From NCBI RefSeq assembly GCF_000150275.1, contig NW_002060943.1, forward strand, positions 12,028,878 through 12,092,877: a stretch of DNA of 64,000 nt, in the 5' to 3' direction. Under the pieces are notes generated by a model, which made no database searches, was not told the DNA's origin, and was given only the letters and a program-made list of their open reading frames with translations. Numbering within the stretch: position 1 is the stretch's first letter; each line of letters starts with the position of its first letter. Made by a program: the position numbers and the translations under genes. This DNA is from Trichoplax adhaerens (Eukaryota; Animalia; Placozoa). Below, one piece after another: positions 14,378 through 28,840 of the stretch.

Positions 14378-16484
14378 GGTGTTGATAAATTCTAAGTCAC
14401 GATGATCACTAGAAGTTTTTGTAATGAAATACTCGTCTCACGTAATTGCACTAGATTAGAAATGGCTGATTTAATAACATGTTCCATTCACTCGATATCG
14501 CTATAATTAATATATAGTCTACGAGTATACGCATAATAAGATTAATATTCTACATCAATGGATAGACATATCTGTAAGACCACCTTAAGTACAAAGGTTG
14601 ATGGCAATATGATATTAATTTATGCATGTGTTTATTTACCCCACCTGCGACAATGCTAGAGATCTTAATAATAGCAGGAATGATTAAAGAAAAATTCCGT
14701 ATTTTAGTATCCCCTGCTAATAGGATGGAGAAAGAATATCAAACCTAAAGAAAAGGCGTGAATGAGTTCCGTCTAATTCTGCATCAATGACTAGTTAAGA
14801 AAAACAAACTTTTCATGTTGCATCAACAGGGTTTCGTGTAAAGCAATGTGGTGAAATCGTAAACATAGCCGTGAAAAAGAACGTTATACTCACATAAAAA
14901 CATAACCAGAATGGATCCTTGCCATGCTATAAACCATTTAATGTACTACATTGTCGCCACATTTATGGCATTTTTATAACGGTAGTTTAGTGTTGATAAG
15001 TTTAATTTACGGTAAAGCCATACAGAACATTTCATTGACTTACGGACGCTTACTTTATATATTAATGTGTTTTATTTTATTCATGGAGCAGGATTATGTA
15101 AAACGCAAATCAAGAAAAAATAATTTTTTCGAAGCGTTAATACTGTGATATACCGTATACAGCTTCTAGTTTAGTGTCTACAACTAAGAGTTTTTGTGAG
15201 AATACTATGTTGGAAATCATTTGAAATTTAAATTAAATTCTCGAACTTCAATAATCCAAAATAATGAATATCGAATATGAGTAATGGACGACTGCAGTAA
15301 TAACGCTAAACGCCCACTTTTCTACTTCTTTGGATCTACAATGCACATTACCTTATGGCAATAACTGGGGTACAAGAGTATTTTACAGCTGAAGTATTTC
15401 ATTATGTGCAAAGCAGTAAAGTGCTATTAAACGCTAATTAAAAAATCTATTAACTTAATATATAACTGCACTAAGAAACCTGAATGACAGTAATAGCTAG
15501 AGGCACTTTAATGCTTAATACATTTACCGAATTTACACTCCGATACTATTAATTCATTCATTAATGCACATCTGCTATACATCAAAAATATAAAGTAGAA
15601 ATCATTCTTTTGCTGCATACAATTGGTTTCAAATTTCTTGACACCCTTGTTATCTTATACATCAAGAGTAATCGAGCAGTTCCATGATTGCTCATTAGCA
15701 AAGCATGATTTATCATTTCACGAAAAGGCATTTTACTCGGACTCGTGCATGTCACAATCTGAGTGCAGGTTGTATTTTCTCAATATTTCAGAATACTCGT
15801 ATACATGCAAGTTTTTATATTGTGTGTACTTAATATACAAATTCTATGAATTCATTTTAGTTTATCGCTAAATGACATCTAGCAAGTAAACTCACAATGT
15901 AGTTCTATTAGTAATATCACGAGTTACCTATCACTGCATTGCAACATTGTTATGTTTACTAAAATTTTAAAACGTGATTCCGTTGCTGTGATACTTTATT
16001 TGTGAAAGAATTGATTTATCGTTAGAAACATACTTATATTCTACTTTTTTTAACATTATAATACTTATGAATCATTTGCTATGTAAATTTGAATTTAGCC
16101 TTATTAGTGTTCAAAATAATAATAAATAGCTTTAGATCTTATTTCGTACATGTAAGATATAGCCAATAAGACAAAGCTAATCTGTGCTTATTAATTTAAC
16201 AATTCCATATTATTCTTCTATTTTATTAATTTTATATCCAAAATTGATGTTTGAGTAATTATGTTTGCATTGCATTTAACTCACATCTCGCACTATCATA
16301 TGCTGCAATGATGGATATCAACTATTCTTAGCAGGACAGAAAATACAGGAGTTTATCATATACCATGCATTTTCATTTGGTAATCATGCAATGCACTGTA
16401 TTGCGTGGGAAATTTTCGGCGTTGCAATGACCTTGTAATATTCTCCTGCTATTAATATCCATAAATAGTTTAAGAATAATAAGC

Positions 16485-17650
16485 TCCGACTCTAGTATCC
16501 AATAATCATATACTGTATCAATTCCATATCAACCCGAGGAATAATTCTAAACAAGTTGAAGATGAGCAATTAGTATTTTTAGTATTTTCAGTATTCACCG
16601 CTATCTTTTATCATCTGTTCTTCTTTAGATAATTCTAATTACAATAGATTCGAATAAAATTGCTGCAGTGATATCAAGGTGCTGATAGTTTGCCATTACG
16701 AGATAATTATAATCCTGCGCGTTTGAATATCTGCTTGGCTACAGACATGATGTTGACAGACTCTTGCCCGTCATGCTCACTAGAAGTTTTTTAGTGAAAT
16801 ACTTATCCTACGGTGACCTGTGTGTGATTGCATGTAATACTGTACTAGACTAGAAGTGGCTGATTTTTCGACTACTTATTCCATACAATATATTCCGTCA
16901 TAATAAGATTGCTATTTAACGTCAACGGATAAATATATCTGTAAGACTGCCTTGATTACAAAGGTTAATGGCAGCATGATACTAAATTATGCATATATTT
17001 ATCCCCCTTTAGCCAATGATAGAGATCCTGATATAATAGAGGATATCAAGGCTTAGCTAATAAAGGGCGTTAATAAGTTCTATCCAATTTTTGCTTTCGT
17101 CTTTTAACTCCGGTAATTAAGGAAAGTAAACTCGATTCTGCATCAATAGAATTTAGAGTAGAGTAGTACGATGAAATTGTATCGTAAATATGCCGGTTCA
17201 GAGACCTCCGTCGTGATATGCAATATAATTGGAATGGATCTTGGTTCATGCTATAAAACATTTTAATATACTGCCGTTACTTTTTTGGGAATTCGTACTA
17301 ATGGCATAGCAATGATAGGCTTTATTAACGGCAAAACTACAGATGATATTTCCGTGGACTATAGAACTGAGTAGCTTCTAAACTGATATGTTTTATATTA
17401 TTCAAAGATGGATTATATTGCAACATAGATCATGAAAAATAATCATTATAAAGAGTTAATACTGTCACATACTGCTTGAAGTTTATACGTCATCATCGAC
17501 AAGCGGGAACTATTTGTAAGGACTGCTACCTCAGAAATCAAATAAAATTATCGCAGTTGAATAACTTAAAAATAATAGATATGGAATGTGAAAAATTAAT
17601 GGCTATATTAATTGTACTTAAAACTCACTTTTATATTTCTTTAGGTCTAT
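16485..17650 (-). pseudogene. Diverged duplicate of ACADSB exon 1 (16748-16599) with flanking intron-1 and upstream sequence; orphan pseudo-exon
   Basis: Colinear with ~14115-15340 (e.g. cgaggaataattctaaa.aagttgaagatgagcaattagtattt; tatcttttatcatctgttcttct; gtttgaatatctgc). It translates MSVAKQIFKRAGL* with an early TAA. No further ACAD exons were seen between this copy and the intact gene. Confidence 0.85.
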
Positions 17651-20600
17651 AAAAATTCTATTCTCTAAAGTTATAGCTCTGTTTATTAGTAATGGTACCA
17701 GTCATCAGTTTCGCGTTGTATTCTATAATATTGGTTTCACGGACTGGTAGTAAGAAAAGTGCCATATCTACTGTTTTGCATCGGTACTCAGGGTAACATC
17801 TTTGATATGGAGAAATGTAAAAGGTTATAAAGGATTATATTTAAAATATTACCTAACCATTAAATTCTAGTTAAAAATAGCAGGAAATTACCAGAATAGA
17901 ATTACCCCTTAACACTAGATGGTAAAATAGATGGATATTTTTGTCATGAGAGATAATTTTTCAAAGCAATCAAGTTTATTTAGGTTAATCATTTTATCCT
18001 TTCATACGACGCTTGCTAGCAATATCTGCTAAACTAACTCTGATCAGAAAGTTAAAAATACGCAATTCTCGAAATCGGTTACTGATCCTGATGATAGCTA
18101 TCTTAGCTGACTTACGAGTATTCCCGTACAGTATATTAACTCATATTTTCAAATGATCATGCTTTTACAATTGTGGTTTCCTTGTACTAAATTCAGCGGT
18201 TAATAGCCGAGAATAGTAGAAGTAAAATAATGAACTTAATATAGTAACTGATTGCTTTGTAAAGAATCTCTTTTTTATGTGGTATTATTGTAAATTGGGA
18301 CGCTGAATTTGGCTTTAGCTTTATTGTAAGTCACGTAGCATAAATTATACTAGATATACTTATATCGCTTGTAGCTAGATGTATATAGAATAAAGGTTAA
18401 CTTCGAGTTAATAGTTAGCTCACACAGCCATCACCAAGATTATTGGTGGTGTAGGATAGTTAATGAAGACTTTTAGATAATATAGAATATCGTACTTCAT
18501 TTACCGATTGAAATTAAGGAATCTTCCAATAGGTCTGCAAATGAAACAAATAAATTTTAATTCGTAATATATATAAGTGATTAGAGTTTTTAAATTTATT
18601 AATTTTCGGACAAACAATTACTTGTAAATGTTTAAATACGTCATTTCAAAATTACGATAGTGACAAGGTCACAAGGTAAGCCCGAATAGCCGACAATTTT
18701 GATCGCAGAAAAAAGATCATTTCTTATTGTTACTCTCTTTTGACTTTAGATAGAGAAAATGAACGTGATTATTTTATGAATACCACCATGTCAACGTCTT
18801 TTCATAGTTCCGGTAAATCAGAATACCTATTACGTGCTAATACAATTAAATTCTTTCCATATTAATCACTTTAATCATCTTACATATTTAGTAAGAAGTG
18901 TCTATGCTGCAGAATAAACGTGTAGGGATACCTACAGTACATTAGTGAAGTAGAAATAAATCTACTGAATAACGTTATAAGACGTTTTAATGAGCCTTAA
19001 CCTGTGTCGTTAAGCTAACAGCATCCAGTTTGACTGATTTATTACAAAGGTGATAAGATTGACATTTCATTGATTACCGAAAATAAAAGAACTCCTAATA
19101 TAAATTGCTGTATAATCTCTTCAAAATATGATATAGATAGATTTTAGCACAATCGTCCTCATAGTCTTTCCTAGAACTGTACATGTACATATGCTCAAGC
19201 ACCATTTCTCAGAAATTATTTATTACAAGCAGGAAAAGTTTGAGTGTTTCCTTACTGTTACTTGAAGGTTAGTCTTTAGCCGCTAGTAATGCAGTCAGAT
19301 GTGCTTATGATATTCCATAATTGTTCCAGACGAAAGCAATTAAGAGTTTCCTTACATGTAGGATCAAGATATAGTTTGGGAGGTATTAATAGTAGGTACT
19401 TAAGAAAACTAACAGACTTTATTGAACCGTCTCTTTTGAAGATTTTTCAATGACTGTGGAACGTTACGTAAGTTACCAAGTAGCTTAATTAACTTATTTA
19501 ATCAACAGTTATAGCATATGCCAATAAACCTAATATATTATTACAGTATCAACGAATTACTGATAAACGTAGCGGATAAGCAGGCAGACAGTTTTTCCAT
19601 AGTATATACTATTGAATAGTTCATTAATTAGAATTAGTCTATGGCTATTGTACCGTACTGTCGAGAAATTTCAATCGATTTAATGAAATAATTCCAGCCG
19701 TTAGACATTGATAGTTACCGTACTATTTATTAAATTAGATGTAAATAATAAAATTAAAAGCTTGATTATCAATCAATTATTCATGATAAATCACTACTTT
19801 TTCATTCCATTTTACGCGTGGTTGTGAATTTGCGTTTTATGTATATATACGCATACACGTAGCATCTTTTTATGAAGGCTTTTAATCGATATCATCATAG
19901 CTTGATGGCTGGTTATTACTAAAAGACTATATGTAATATGTACTAAATCATATTGGTGATTTATTTGAGACGCAAGGCCGACATTAATTTAAGATCTTAG
20001 GTGATTTTTGCGCGTTTGCTTTAATAATTATTATTGGTTAAACTGTATATTTCTGTGCTTCTCTTTTCGGCATCTTGCGGAATATCGCAGTGAACAAGAA
20101 TTTAAGCAAAAATTTGGGGATTTTAGGACAATTAAAGGTACCGTAACATAATTAAATAACATTCTTTAATCTATTTTCTCTGATTGTTATCTTTCAGTGA
20201 CTAAAAACCAGTTTAAATTTTGTATTCTGTAGAGTAATTAAGTCATATTTTTTAATCTAATCCTTTATTAACTTAAACGTAGCATAAATAGAAAATTATT
20301 CTACTACACGAATGATTAACACAAACGTATATGCATTTCTTATTATCTACTACAGTATGAAGACAAAAATGAGTAGATTAATAGGTATGTGTATTATTAG
20401 AAAAACTATAACCGCCATCTTTATTTGCCTGTTTTCTTTGTCATATAATTTCTAATCTACCAAATAATTACGAAGCAGTGAACTCGCCACCTATCATTAA
20501 CAATCACTTATATTCTATTATACCTTCGTGAAACATTTACTTCCAAAGGAAGGATCGCTATGTACTTATTATTGATCCATTTTCAGTAAATTAACAAAAT

Positions 20601-22860
20601 TTTAAATGGCATGCATTAACTGTACGCGAAATTTAATGAATGATGCTTGAAATTTGCAGATTTATATCTATTAATCTCGATAGATGATTAAAGTAATTAT
20701 TTATCATACATTTTCTATCATAACTACGTTATAAAATTCATAAAGCATCGCCATAATTACAGCAGTAGTAATTTGGAACAGCTTATTCTAAAGTATTAAA
20801 ATCGAGCATTTATTTAGTTCTAAAATGAGACTATGAAATTACGCGTATAAAATCAATATATTACAAGAACGAAACAGTATCATAATATTAACTCTAAAAA
20901 TACTAATATATATAGAGCAGCGGTTACTCGTCCATTTAGACAACTGATCATGTAATAGACTTTCAGAAATTGCTTACAATTAACTTCAGGCGTAATCTTC
21001 CCTCTTTCACTTTCTAAACCTTTTCAAACTATTTTATGTTAAGTGGAATTTGCTAATAGTATTGATATCACAGCTGTCAAAGCATTACTCTATATATATG
21101 AAACTAGCCTCAATTGAGGTATTACAACTACAGCCAAAATCTGTAAGGAAATTATAATCTGCGATTTAATCTAAACAAACAATAAATAAATAAATGATTT
21201 TACTGTAAATAATCGATTTCCAGGATAAGTGTATTGCAGAAAATGAAAAGTAGATCAATTGCGGTATCAAATTAAGTGCTGTTATCCATTGTGTTATCAT
21301 CTACAGTACGAACTTCTACCTTAACAAAACTACCATTTCTAACAAAAAAGATTTCTAACCAACATTAGGTGGTTAGACTCATATTACCATCAATATAAAC
21401 TAGCTATACATAACCTACAATCTAAATGAAACTACTATACTATTTATATCTGAAGAGAATGACTAGCTATCCTTTTAATAATTAAAATCGTATCTCCAAT
21501 CTATCTGATCAAATTTTTTTATTACAGTTATCTTATTAACATCTGATTTATGAACTAAGTATCAAATACTTCTACTCTAATTTTGCATTAATAATCTCTA
21601 GTATTACTCGATAAAGGCTTTATTGATCAAAATTGGCGAAAAATAAGACTAAAATTTTGATTTAACATTTCTTGTGCAATTTTTAAACGTAGCCAGTAAT
21701 TTTACTTTAGTTTATACAAGTATGAGTATGCGCAAGAAATTATTGTCTACAAATTTGCTTAAAATAACTTTGTTATTCTATAACATTATTTTCTTGCTAA
21801 TTTTGTCATAACAATACCATAGTTATCCTTATTTTAATAATTTTATTAACGTTTGATCAAAATATCAATAAATACTGTAAGAGTATTTACAGGATAGTTA
21901 ACTCTTGCTATTTATTATTAGTCAAAATGTTACACCATAGATTGTAACATAACCAATTTATTTATGAATCTTTTATTTAAATAATTCTGTCAAGATAAGC
22001 ATACAATATCGTATTGCTCTCACAAAATTTTTAATGAGTGATATCGAAACTATCTATCGTTCCAATTATTTCTTAAAGATATTTATAGTTCAGTAATTTC
22101 TTTAGATGTCGTATTTGAGACATATACTATCCATACTCAAGATTGAAACTAAGAATAATTTTCCTGAAGTAAAGTTCAAATAAGTTTATTTAATAATTGC
22201 AAATTTGACTATTAAATAAATAAATATAATCGACTTGATCGATTCATATGGACTCAATATAGTTGGGGTATTCAATAAAAAAGTAAATAATTGATGTTAT
22301 TTCTCGACATTTTGGTAGCATCTGTATCTAATTCAGCTGTTTCTTCTAGGGTAAATAAATACCAATACATTATCTATCGGAAAGTACTAATTTTACTTTA
22401 CGGACAAAAAAAATTAAATTCATCATACATTTTTATTACTACAATAGCAGTTTTTCCTCGTTATTAATAGATAGAAAAGTAATGAGTCATATCTTGTACC
22501 CCACACCCCAGCTAATTCTATAGGTAATTATCTGAAAGTGAATGTTTCTTCTGTTGATACATGGCCCTCAAAAATGAAACGTCTTATTTCAGGAGATAAA
22601 TTTTTTATTATAAGCTATTGCTAACTCATCTAAGGATGTCTATTCTATTCAGTTTTAGATAATGACCTGTTGTATTATACATGCATTGGCTGCAAAGCCT
22701 GTAATATACAAATTTTAAACAATGCTTATAGTTCTGTACAATTTATATCTGAACTTTCTGCGGAAATTTTATAATAATTACGCGTTATTCCATCTTGAAA
22801 TATGTATAGACGAAAATGAAATTTTTGATGACGTCAAAGATTTCGTTATTTGTAAATAAT

Positions 22861-23403
22861 TGCCACAACTACCCTTGCGACACAAGGAAACAACGCAGTA
22901 ATTATAATAAACTTTAAGTTAATCCGCAGAACTACTTCCCTAGCCTACGGTATAGTAACTGGAATCCTTGCGAACTACTAACTCGCTGAACACACTATGC
23001 GATATAAAACTAACGCAAAACTTAGCCTTAACATGAAAATCACTATTTATTGATCACAGTCCTTCTTATATACTCTTTCAGTAGTTATAAACATGTTTAC
23101 TATGCTACCAACATATTTCAATAACAAACATGTTATTACGATTGAATTATCAAATACGGACATTCGAGCTAATAAACAACTTCATACGTAAATCTACTTC
23201 GACTGCAAGCCCTGTCAAGCTCCTATGTTTTCGATATAAGTATCTTGTAACATATTTCTATATCATCATAATATCATAATAGCTTAGAATATAACTAACA
23301 ATAATAATTCCTAAAGTAGTAGTTCATACTTCTAAAAAGTTCGAAACAAAATGTTATCATAAATTACACGTCCGTATCTAAGTTATTTTGATGACTGTGA
23401 CAA
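22861..23403 (+). repeat. ~540-bp interspersed repeat, copy 1
   Basis: Aligns by eye with 45403-45940 (reverse complement) and 59521-59817. Shared strings include ctacccttgcgacacaag, cctagcctacgg, cttagccttaac, ttcctaaagtagt.gttcatacttctaaaaagttc, gttattttgatg.c.gtgaca. Confidence 0.85.
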
Positions 23404-24357
23404 TAATGTAGCGTTAAATTGTAAACTCCGGTTAAATTCAAATTAAAAATTAATACCAATGAAATAAGCGATATTATAATATAGCAGTTAAATTTTGATA
23501 TTAGTAGGTCAGCCCAAAGACTCAAAACTATTGATTACCGAAATCACAATTTCTCAGTGTCAATCAGAATCTGTGCATGCATAGTAATAAACTTATTTTA
23601 CTTATTATTGTATCATAGATAACAGTCTTATAACGATCGTTTCCTTGTTTGCTAGTTTGATGTTATTTTAATTAGCTTTGATTAAAATTTTTCTCAGCAG
23701 ATGTTATTGAATTAAAATGATACAAAATGGCTCGTACGAGCTTATACATTGGTACATAAAATTCTGAATACCGCAATAGTAAGATTTGTTCGTTTTGCTA
23801 TTTTAAGATTTAGGATTGATGTTACTGGTACTGTCTTGTCTTGACTAGATACGGTACTTGCATCGTTTGCTTGGACAACGACATCTTGGTAGAGATGAAT
23901 ATTTAAATATTGTAGTATCGGTACTGTCTTTATGTTAATTTCTTTGATTTTAAACACCGATGAATTAATTAATTAATCATTAGGCGACGATTGAAATTAA
24001 ATGAAATTTTGTCCCAGTTCATGTTATAATTGATACTTTGGCATTAAAACTGTTTAGCTTATTGCTTATTATTGTGCATCTTACGTTACGTTAACCGTAA
24101 TTTCAGTATTTACGTACGTCTAGAGCTAGTTTTTATGCAAGCTTTTGGAAGTGTCCTACCAATATAGCATTGATTGCTAGAAGATTCTAGTACCAGGCAG
24201 ACATAGAATTGGTACTGTCGGTAGTCTAATCATATTAGCTTTGCTCTACGTTTTCTGACAGGTCTATCAAATGGTAATACTATCTGTTAAATGAGCACAT
24301 TATCGTAAACCGTCAGCAAAGCGACCGGAGTTTGCACTAGTATCTATAAAGCGCAGA

Positions 24358-25359
24358 ATGAATAATTCCGCAAATAACATGACAAGTTCGGATATTTTAT
24401 CCTATCTTTCTAAATATGCAGCTATTGTTTCTATTCCGCTATTCGTTGTTGGATTAATTCTTAATATGTTTATGCTTTACCTATTCTTTATCGATCGACA
24501 ACTCAAAACGACTACTTACCGATTAATGAGTATGTGTGTTACTTCGGACACTCTAGCTACGGTGGCCACGATAGTATGCTATTCCATTGTATCCGATTAT
24601 AAATTAAATTTTGCTCAGGGAGAATTATTCTGTCGTGTTACCGTGCTATTCATTTTTGCATCATATCTTGTATCTGTAATGAATCTATGTCTAATAGGAA
24701 TAGATCGCTATTTTATGGTTGTTAAGCCGTTTTCAGTCTTCTATCGAAGATACAAGAATAATTTCATAATTATCAGCGAAATTACGATCTGGGTCTTGGC
24801 AGTTTGCATTCATATACCACTATTCCAGTACGTATCAGTTCATGAAGAGGACCCGTTATTATGCGATTTTCCAGATATAACGGCATCAGTCTCGGTCTAC
24901 CTAATATGCCATGCTTTCATTTTATTTATAATACCAGCAATTTCGCTAGCTACTATATATGGTAAAATTATTGCCCATCAAAAGTCTTATCAACAACCAG
25001 GACGACATTTACAAAGGAATTGGATAGAGCAGCAAGCAAGAAAGAAACGAATCATCAAAGTTCTGATTAGTATTTCTGCAACATATATCGCCTTAAGTTG
25101 GCCGTTTTTCGCGGGTAGTGTACAAATGGCAATAAGTGGTCAATCTCTTATGCAATTGCGTCAACAAAGTATTTTTTTGTTTCTGTTGGCGTTTTTCTCT
25201 ATGGCGGTAACAGTATCGGTAGTAGTCTTAAATCCACTTATATACTTAAAGTTTGACCAAAATATACGAAAAAGAGCGCTAATAATACTTAAGCGAATGG
25301 AATTGCGTGTAAATCGGGTTGTACGAATATCCTCCAGAAATGCAGATGAAGATATTTAA
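24358..25359 (+). CDS. Intronless class A (rhodopsin-like) orphan GPCR
   Basis: 333-aa ORF with seven hydrophobic segments, N-terminal N-glycosylation sequons, a TM3 Cys, GIDRY, ECL2 Cys (DPLLCD), TM6 SWPF and TM7 NPLIY. Confidence 0.92.
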   Translation: MNNSANNMTSSDILSYLSKYAAIVSIPLFVVGLILNMFMLYLFFIDRQLKTTTYRLMSMCVTSDTLATVATIVCYSIVSDYKLNFAQGELFCRVTVLFIFASYLVSVMNLCLIGIDRYFMVVKPFSVFYRRYKNNFIIISEITIWVLAVCIHIPLFQYVSVHEEDPLLCDFPDITASVSVYLICHAFILFIIPAISLATIYGKIIAHQKSYQQPGRHLQRNWIEQQARKKRIIKVLISISATYIALSWPFFAGSVQMAISGQSLMQLRQQSIFLFLLAFFSMAVTVSVVVLNPLIYLKFDQNIRKRALIILKRMELRVNRVVRISSRNADEDI

Positions 25360-26007
25360 ATTGCACTTTCATCAAATTTATTTCGATTAAATTAGGAATA
25401 AAGTAGGGTAGTTCAAAGTGTAGTAGTAGAATTTTAAACAAAGTAAAGTATATAATAATTATCTTACTTAAATGCCAATTACTTTTGGTCATCCTCTAAA
25501 GTTTCAGTACACGTATACGTTACTTTCGGCAGACCTTCTTAGTTTGATAGTTTTCAAAATGCGTAGTTTTGTGATGTATGGTAGTTATTAGCAAGAGTCA
25601 TCAAAGATCTAAATTAAAATATTGATCAAGTACTCGTATAATGACATGAAGATTGTTATTTTTAATTGTCATTTAAAGTATTAATTACATATCATAAAAG
25701 AAATATTGATGCATTTATTATTATACATTGTACATCGTGTCGATAATAATTTTTGTGACGTAAGAAAAATAGCAAGATATTAGGTCAATGCACAGTTTGC
25801 AATTTCGACTGATAAAATCTCTTTTGCTAATTCCGGGATAAATGAAATTTGGGTGAGAAGATATTCAATCATGTAAACTAATGCGATGTCATCATTGCTA
25901 ATCTTTACACTTGAAGCTTCAATATAGCAGTATCGCATTTCTTGCAGTCGTGAGTTTATATTATTTGGTCAAGTCAGTTTAACCATTTATTTAACTTGGA
26001 ATCAAGC

Positions 26008-27049
26008 ATGGATTCTCTGAATAATATGACAAGTAATGGTACGGTATTGGACATTTTCTCTATAGTTTACAGGTATTCAGCTATCGCTAGTATTGTAGTA
26101 TATATCTTTGGATTCATTTTCAATGCATTTGCCCTTTACCTTTTCTTCATTGATCACCATTTGAAGACAGCACTTTATAAATTAATGGATATGTCGACCG
26201 TATCAGACACTATATCTACATTGACTTCAATAATTAGTCATTGCTTAATCGTGAATAGTAAATTAAATGTCTCCCAAGGAAAGTTATTTTGCAATGTATT
26301 CAGGCTAATCGTTTTACATCTTACCTTGTATCTATGTTTAACTTGTGCCTGATAGGAGTAGATCGTTATTTTGTAATTGTTAAGCCATTTTTAGCCATTT
26401 GCACAAAATATAAAGCCTACATCTTAAGAATAAGTGAAATTGCTATATGGTTATTAACAATATTTGTTCAATTGCTTCTATTCGATCATATGAGCGGTTG
26501 TAAAGAAGATCCTATGCTCTGCGATATACCCAATATAACGCCTTCAGCTAAAGCTTTCATGATTACACATATAATTTTATTTGTCATTCCAACGGTTGCT
26601 CTTATCATAATATACTATAAAATTATTACTTATCAAATGTCGTATCGACTATCTGGAACGAATATAGAAAATCTGTGGATAGAAGGACAGGTTTAAAAGA
26701 AATGGCTGATAAAAGTACTTGCTAGAATATCCTTTTCGTATATCATTACGAGTTGGCCACTTTTGCTGTTACTACTGGAGTAGCTTTAAGTGGTAAGACA
26801 ATAATACAACTACGTCGAGAAAGTTCCTTCCTTTTCGCATTGATCGTATTTTCTATGATGGCAATGGTCTCCATCAATATACTTAATTCGCTAATATATT
26901 TGAAGTTTGATCAAAATATAAAAAATGGGGCATTAATATTACTACAGCGAATGCATTTACTACAATGCAAACGCGGTCATGCTATCGAAATAATGTCCGT
27001 TGAGGACACAAACACATCTTTTTTAGAGTATCATTTCTTCCATTTCTAG
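26008..27049 (+). pseudogene. Class A GPCR pseudogene, paralog of 24358-25359 and 33026-34078
   Basis: One GPCR is split over three ORFs: frameshift near 26310-26320, in-frame TAA at 26694-26696 (IEGQV*KKWLIKVL) and a second frameshift near 26760 (SWPL/FAVTTG). It retains GVDRY and EDPMLCD; NPxxY has decayed to NSLIY. Confidence 0.85.
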
Positions 27050-27499
27050 CGAAATCTTTAGCGTACGGTTGCTTTGTATGTGTTCCGTAGAAAATTGGAA
27101 TATAGTTTTGATAATGATTTTAATCAAAGCGGATTCTTATGATTATATGCACTAATATTAATATAATAAGCAGTTTAGCGTAGAAATTTGCCTTTAATGT
27201 CCACTTCGTTTGTATTGTAACGATTTTTATTCTGAATTTGCTATATGGTATTTTATAGCTGTATAATATACTCTTAATGTGCTTCGAATAAGAATATTTG
27301 AATATTCATAATCTTGAGCAACCTTGTTTACATATTAATTTGCTCGATTCAACCCATGTTTTACATGCTGATGTTTAATATTCTCTCAAGTCTTGATAAA
27401 TCTGAGAAACATTTATCATTAGCAAAAAATTTACGTTTCCATACATTAACTTCTACCATAGAGTCAACTTATGCTATTTTTAATTTATTGAACGTGGGT

Positions 27500-28840
27500 T
27501 CATGACGTTACTTTATTAGATGAGATAATTTTTCCGTGTAAGACAGAGTATAGTACTCTGTTTGTACCATGTCTTGTGAAATGCCTGGTATTTACAGAAT
27601 CATTTTTACTTATTATGCGTATATTTGTCAAAATGATATTAATAACAGAAACAATAAATACCCTCTGATGGTAGTAATTCGTCGTTATTCTATTCTTTAC
27701 TTGAGGTTCATTATTGCCCATACCACTAATTATTAGTTTACTATTCATTCATTAACTTATCAAGCTAAATTGATATTTTGTTTTCTTTCGAATAAAACTT
27801 CTTTACTTACAATACTTGCTTATTACTATCACTTAAATATCTCGTTCGCTCTTAAGTTCTGGAAGGTAAGAAATATCTTAGTGCTACTCAGACTACTAAT
27901 GTTTTAAGATAACTACCGTACTATGACCACGGCCGCAATGGCTGTCACACTATTGAATACGCATTGAATAAGCATATTATGGCTCAATTCAAAGTCATAA
28001 ACAATAATAATATTCAATTAACAAATGAGGATTGTTGTCTACAACACGGCAATCTCTAATACTATTTTTAATCACACGACAGTATATCATTACAGTTATT
28101 CTACTATCGCAAATTACTACTAGTAATATGCAAGGAGCATCAAACTCCGTAACAATCCCCACACTTAAAGATAACCTAGGGGTAGGGTATATTTTTTTCT
28201 AATTAAACTAGCCTTGGTAAAGCATCGGCTGTTGTGTTCTTTGCTCCAGGTCGATGCTTAATACTAAATTTATATTGGTCCACGGCCAGGGCCCATTGCA
28301 TCAACTGATAGACTTTTACTATAGCATTAGTTCATCTTATTCATAATTACTAGAATTAAAGTACATCATGTTACTTCATTATTCCAATGAGACGATCTTT
28401 TCACGTACTGCAATACCAGTACTCTGCTTATACCATGTCCTGTGAAGTCTTTAAAATTTATAGAGTAACTTTCACTTATTATGTATGCATTCATTATGTT
28501 GCTGCATTGAAGATGATATATAAATAATGAAAATAATAAATACATCCTGATAGTAATAGTTCGTCGTTATTCTCTTCTTTACTTGAGATTCATTATTGCC
28601 CCTTCGGACACCTATCAATATGTTGATAATTCATTAGCTTATCAAGCTAATTGAATTTTTGTATTCTCTTTAACTTTTAAAATACTTACCATATAGGGTT
28701 TACTTCCATCATTTACACATCTCGCTGGTAAGTAAATAAGATTTAAGGGAAGAAATATATCCTAGTTTTACTCGAACTACTACTATTTCAAGGTAACTAC
28801 ATATCATGACTACAGCTATGATGGCTACCACACTATTAAG
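27500..28840. repeat. Diverged local direct duplication, ~27500-27960 and ~28365-28840
   Basis: Shared strings: agtactctg.tt.taccatgtc.tgtgaa; ttcgtcgttattct.ttctttacttgag.ttcattattgccc; cttatcaagctaa; aactac...atgac.ac.gc...atggct..cacactatt. Confidence 0.8.

Noticed and set aside
17700-22800. 5-kb stretch examined for hidden genes, RNA genes or arrays
   Set aside because: Very AT-rich, with no ORF of 60 aa or more and no recognisable tRNA/rRNA or periodic structure by eye.
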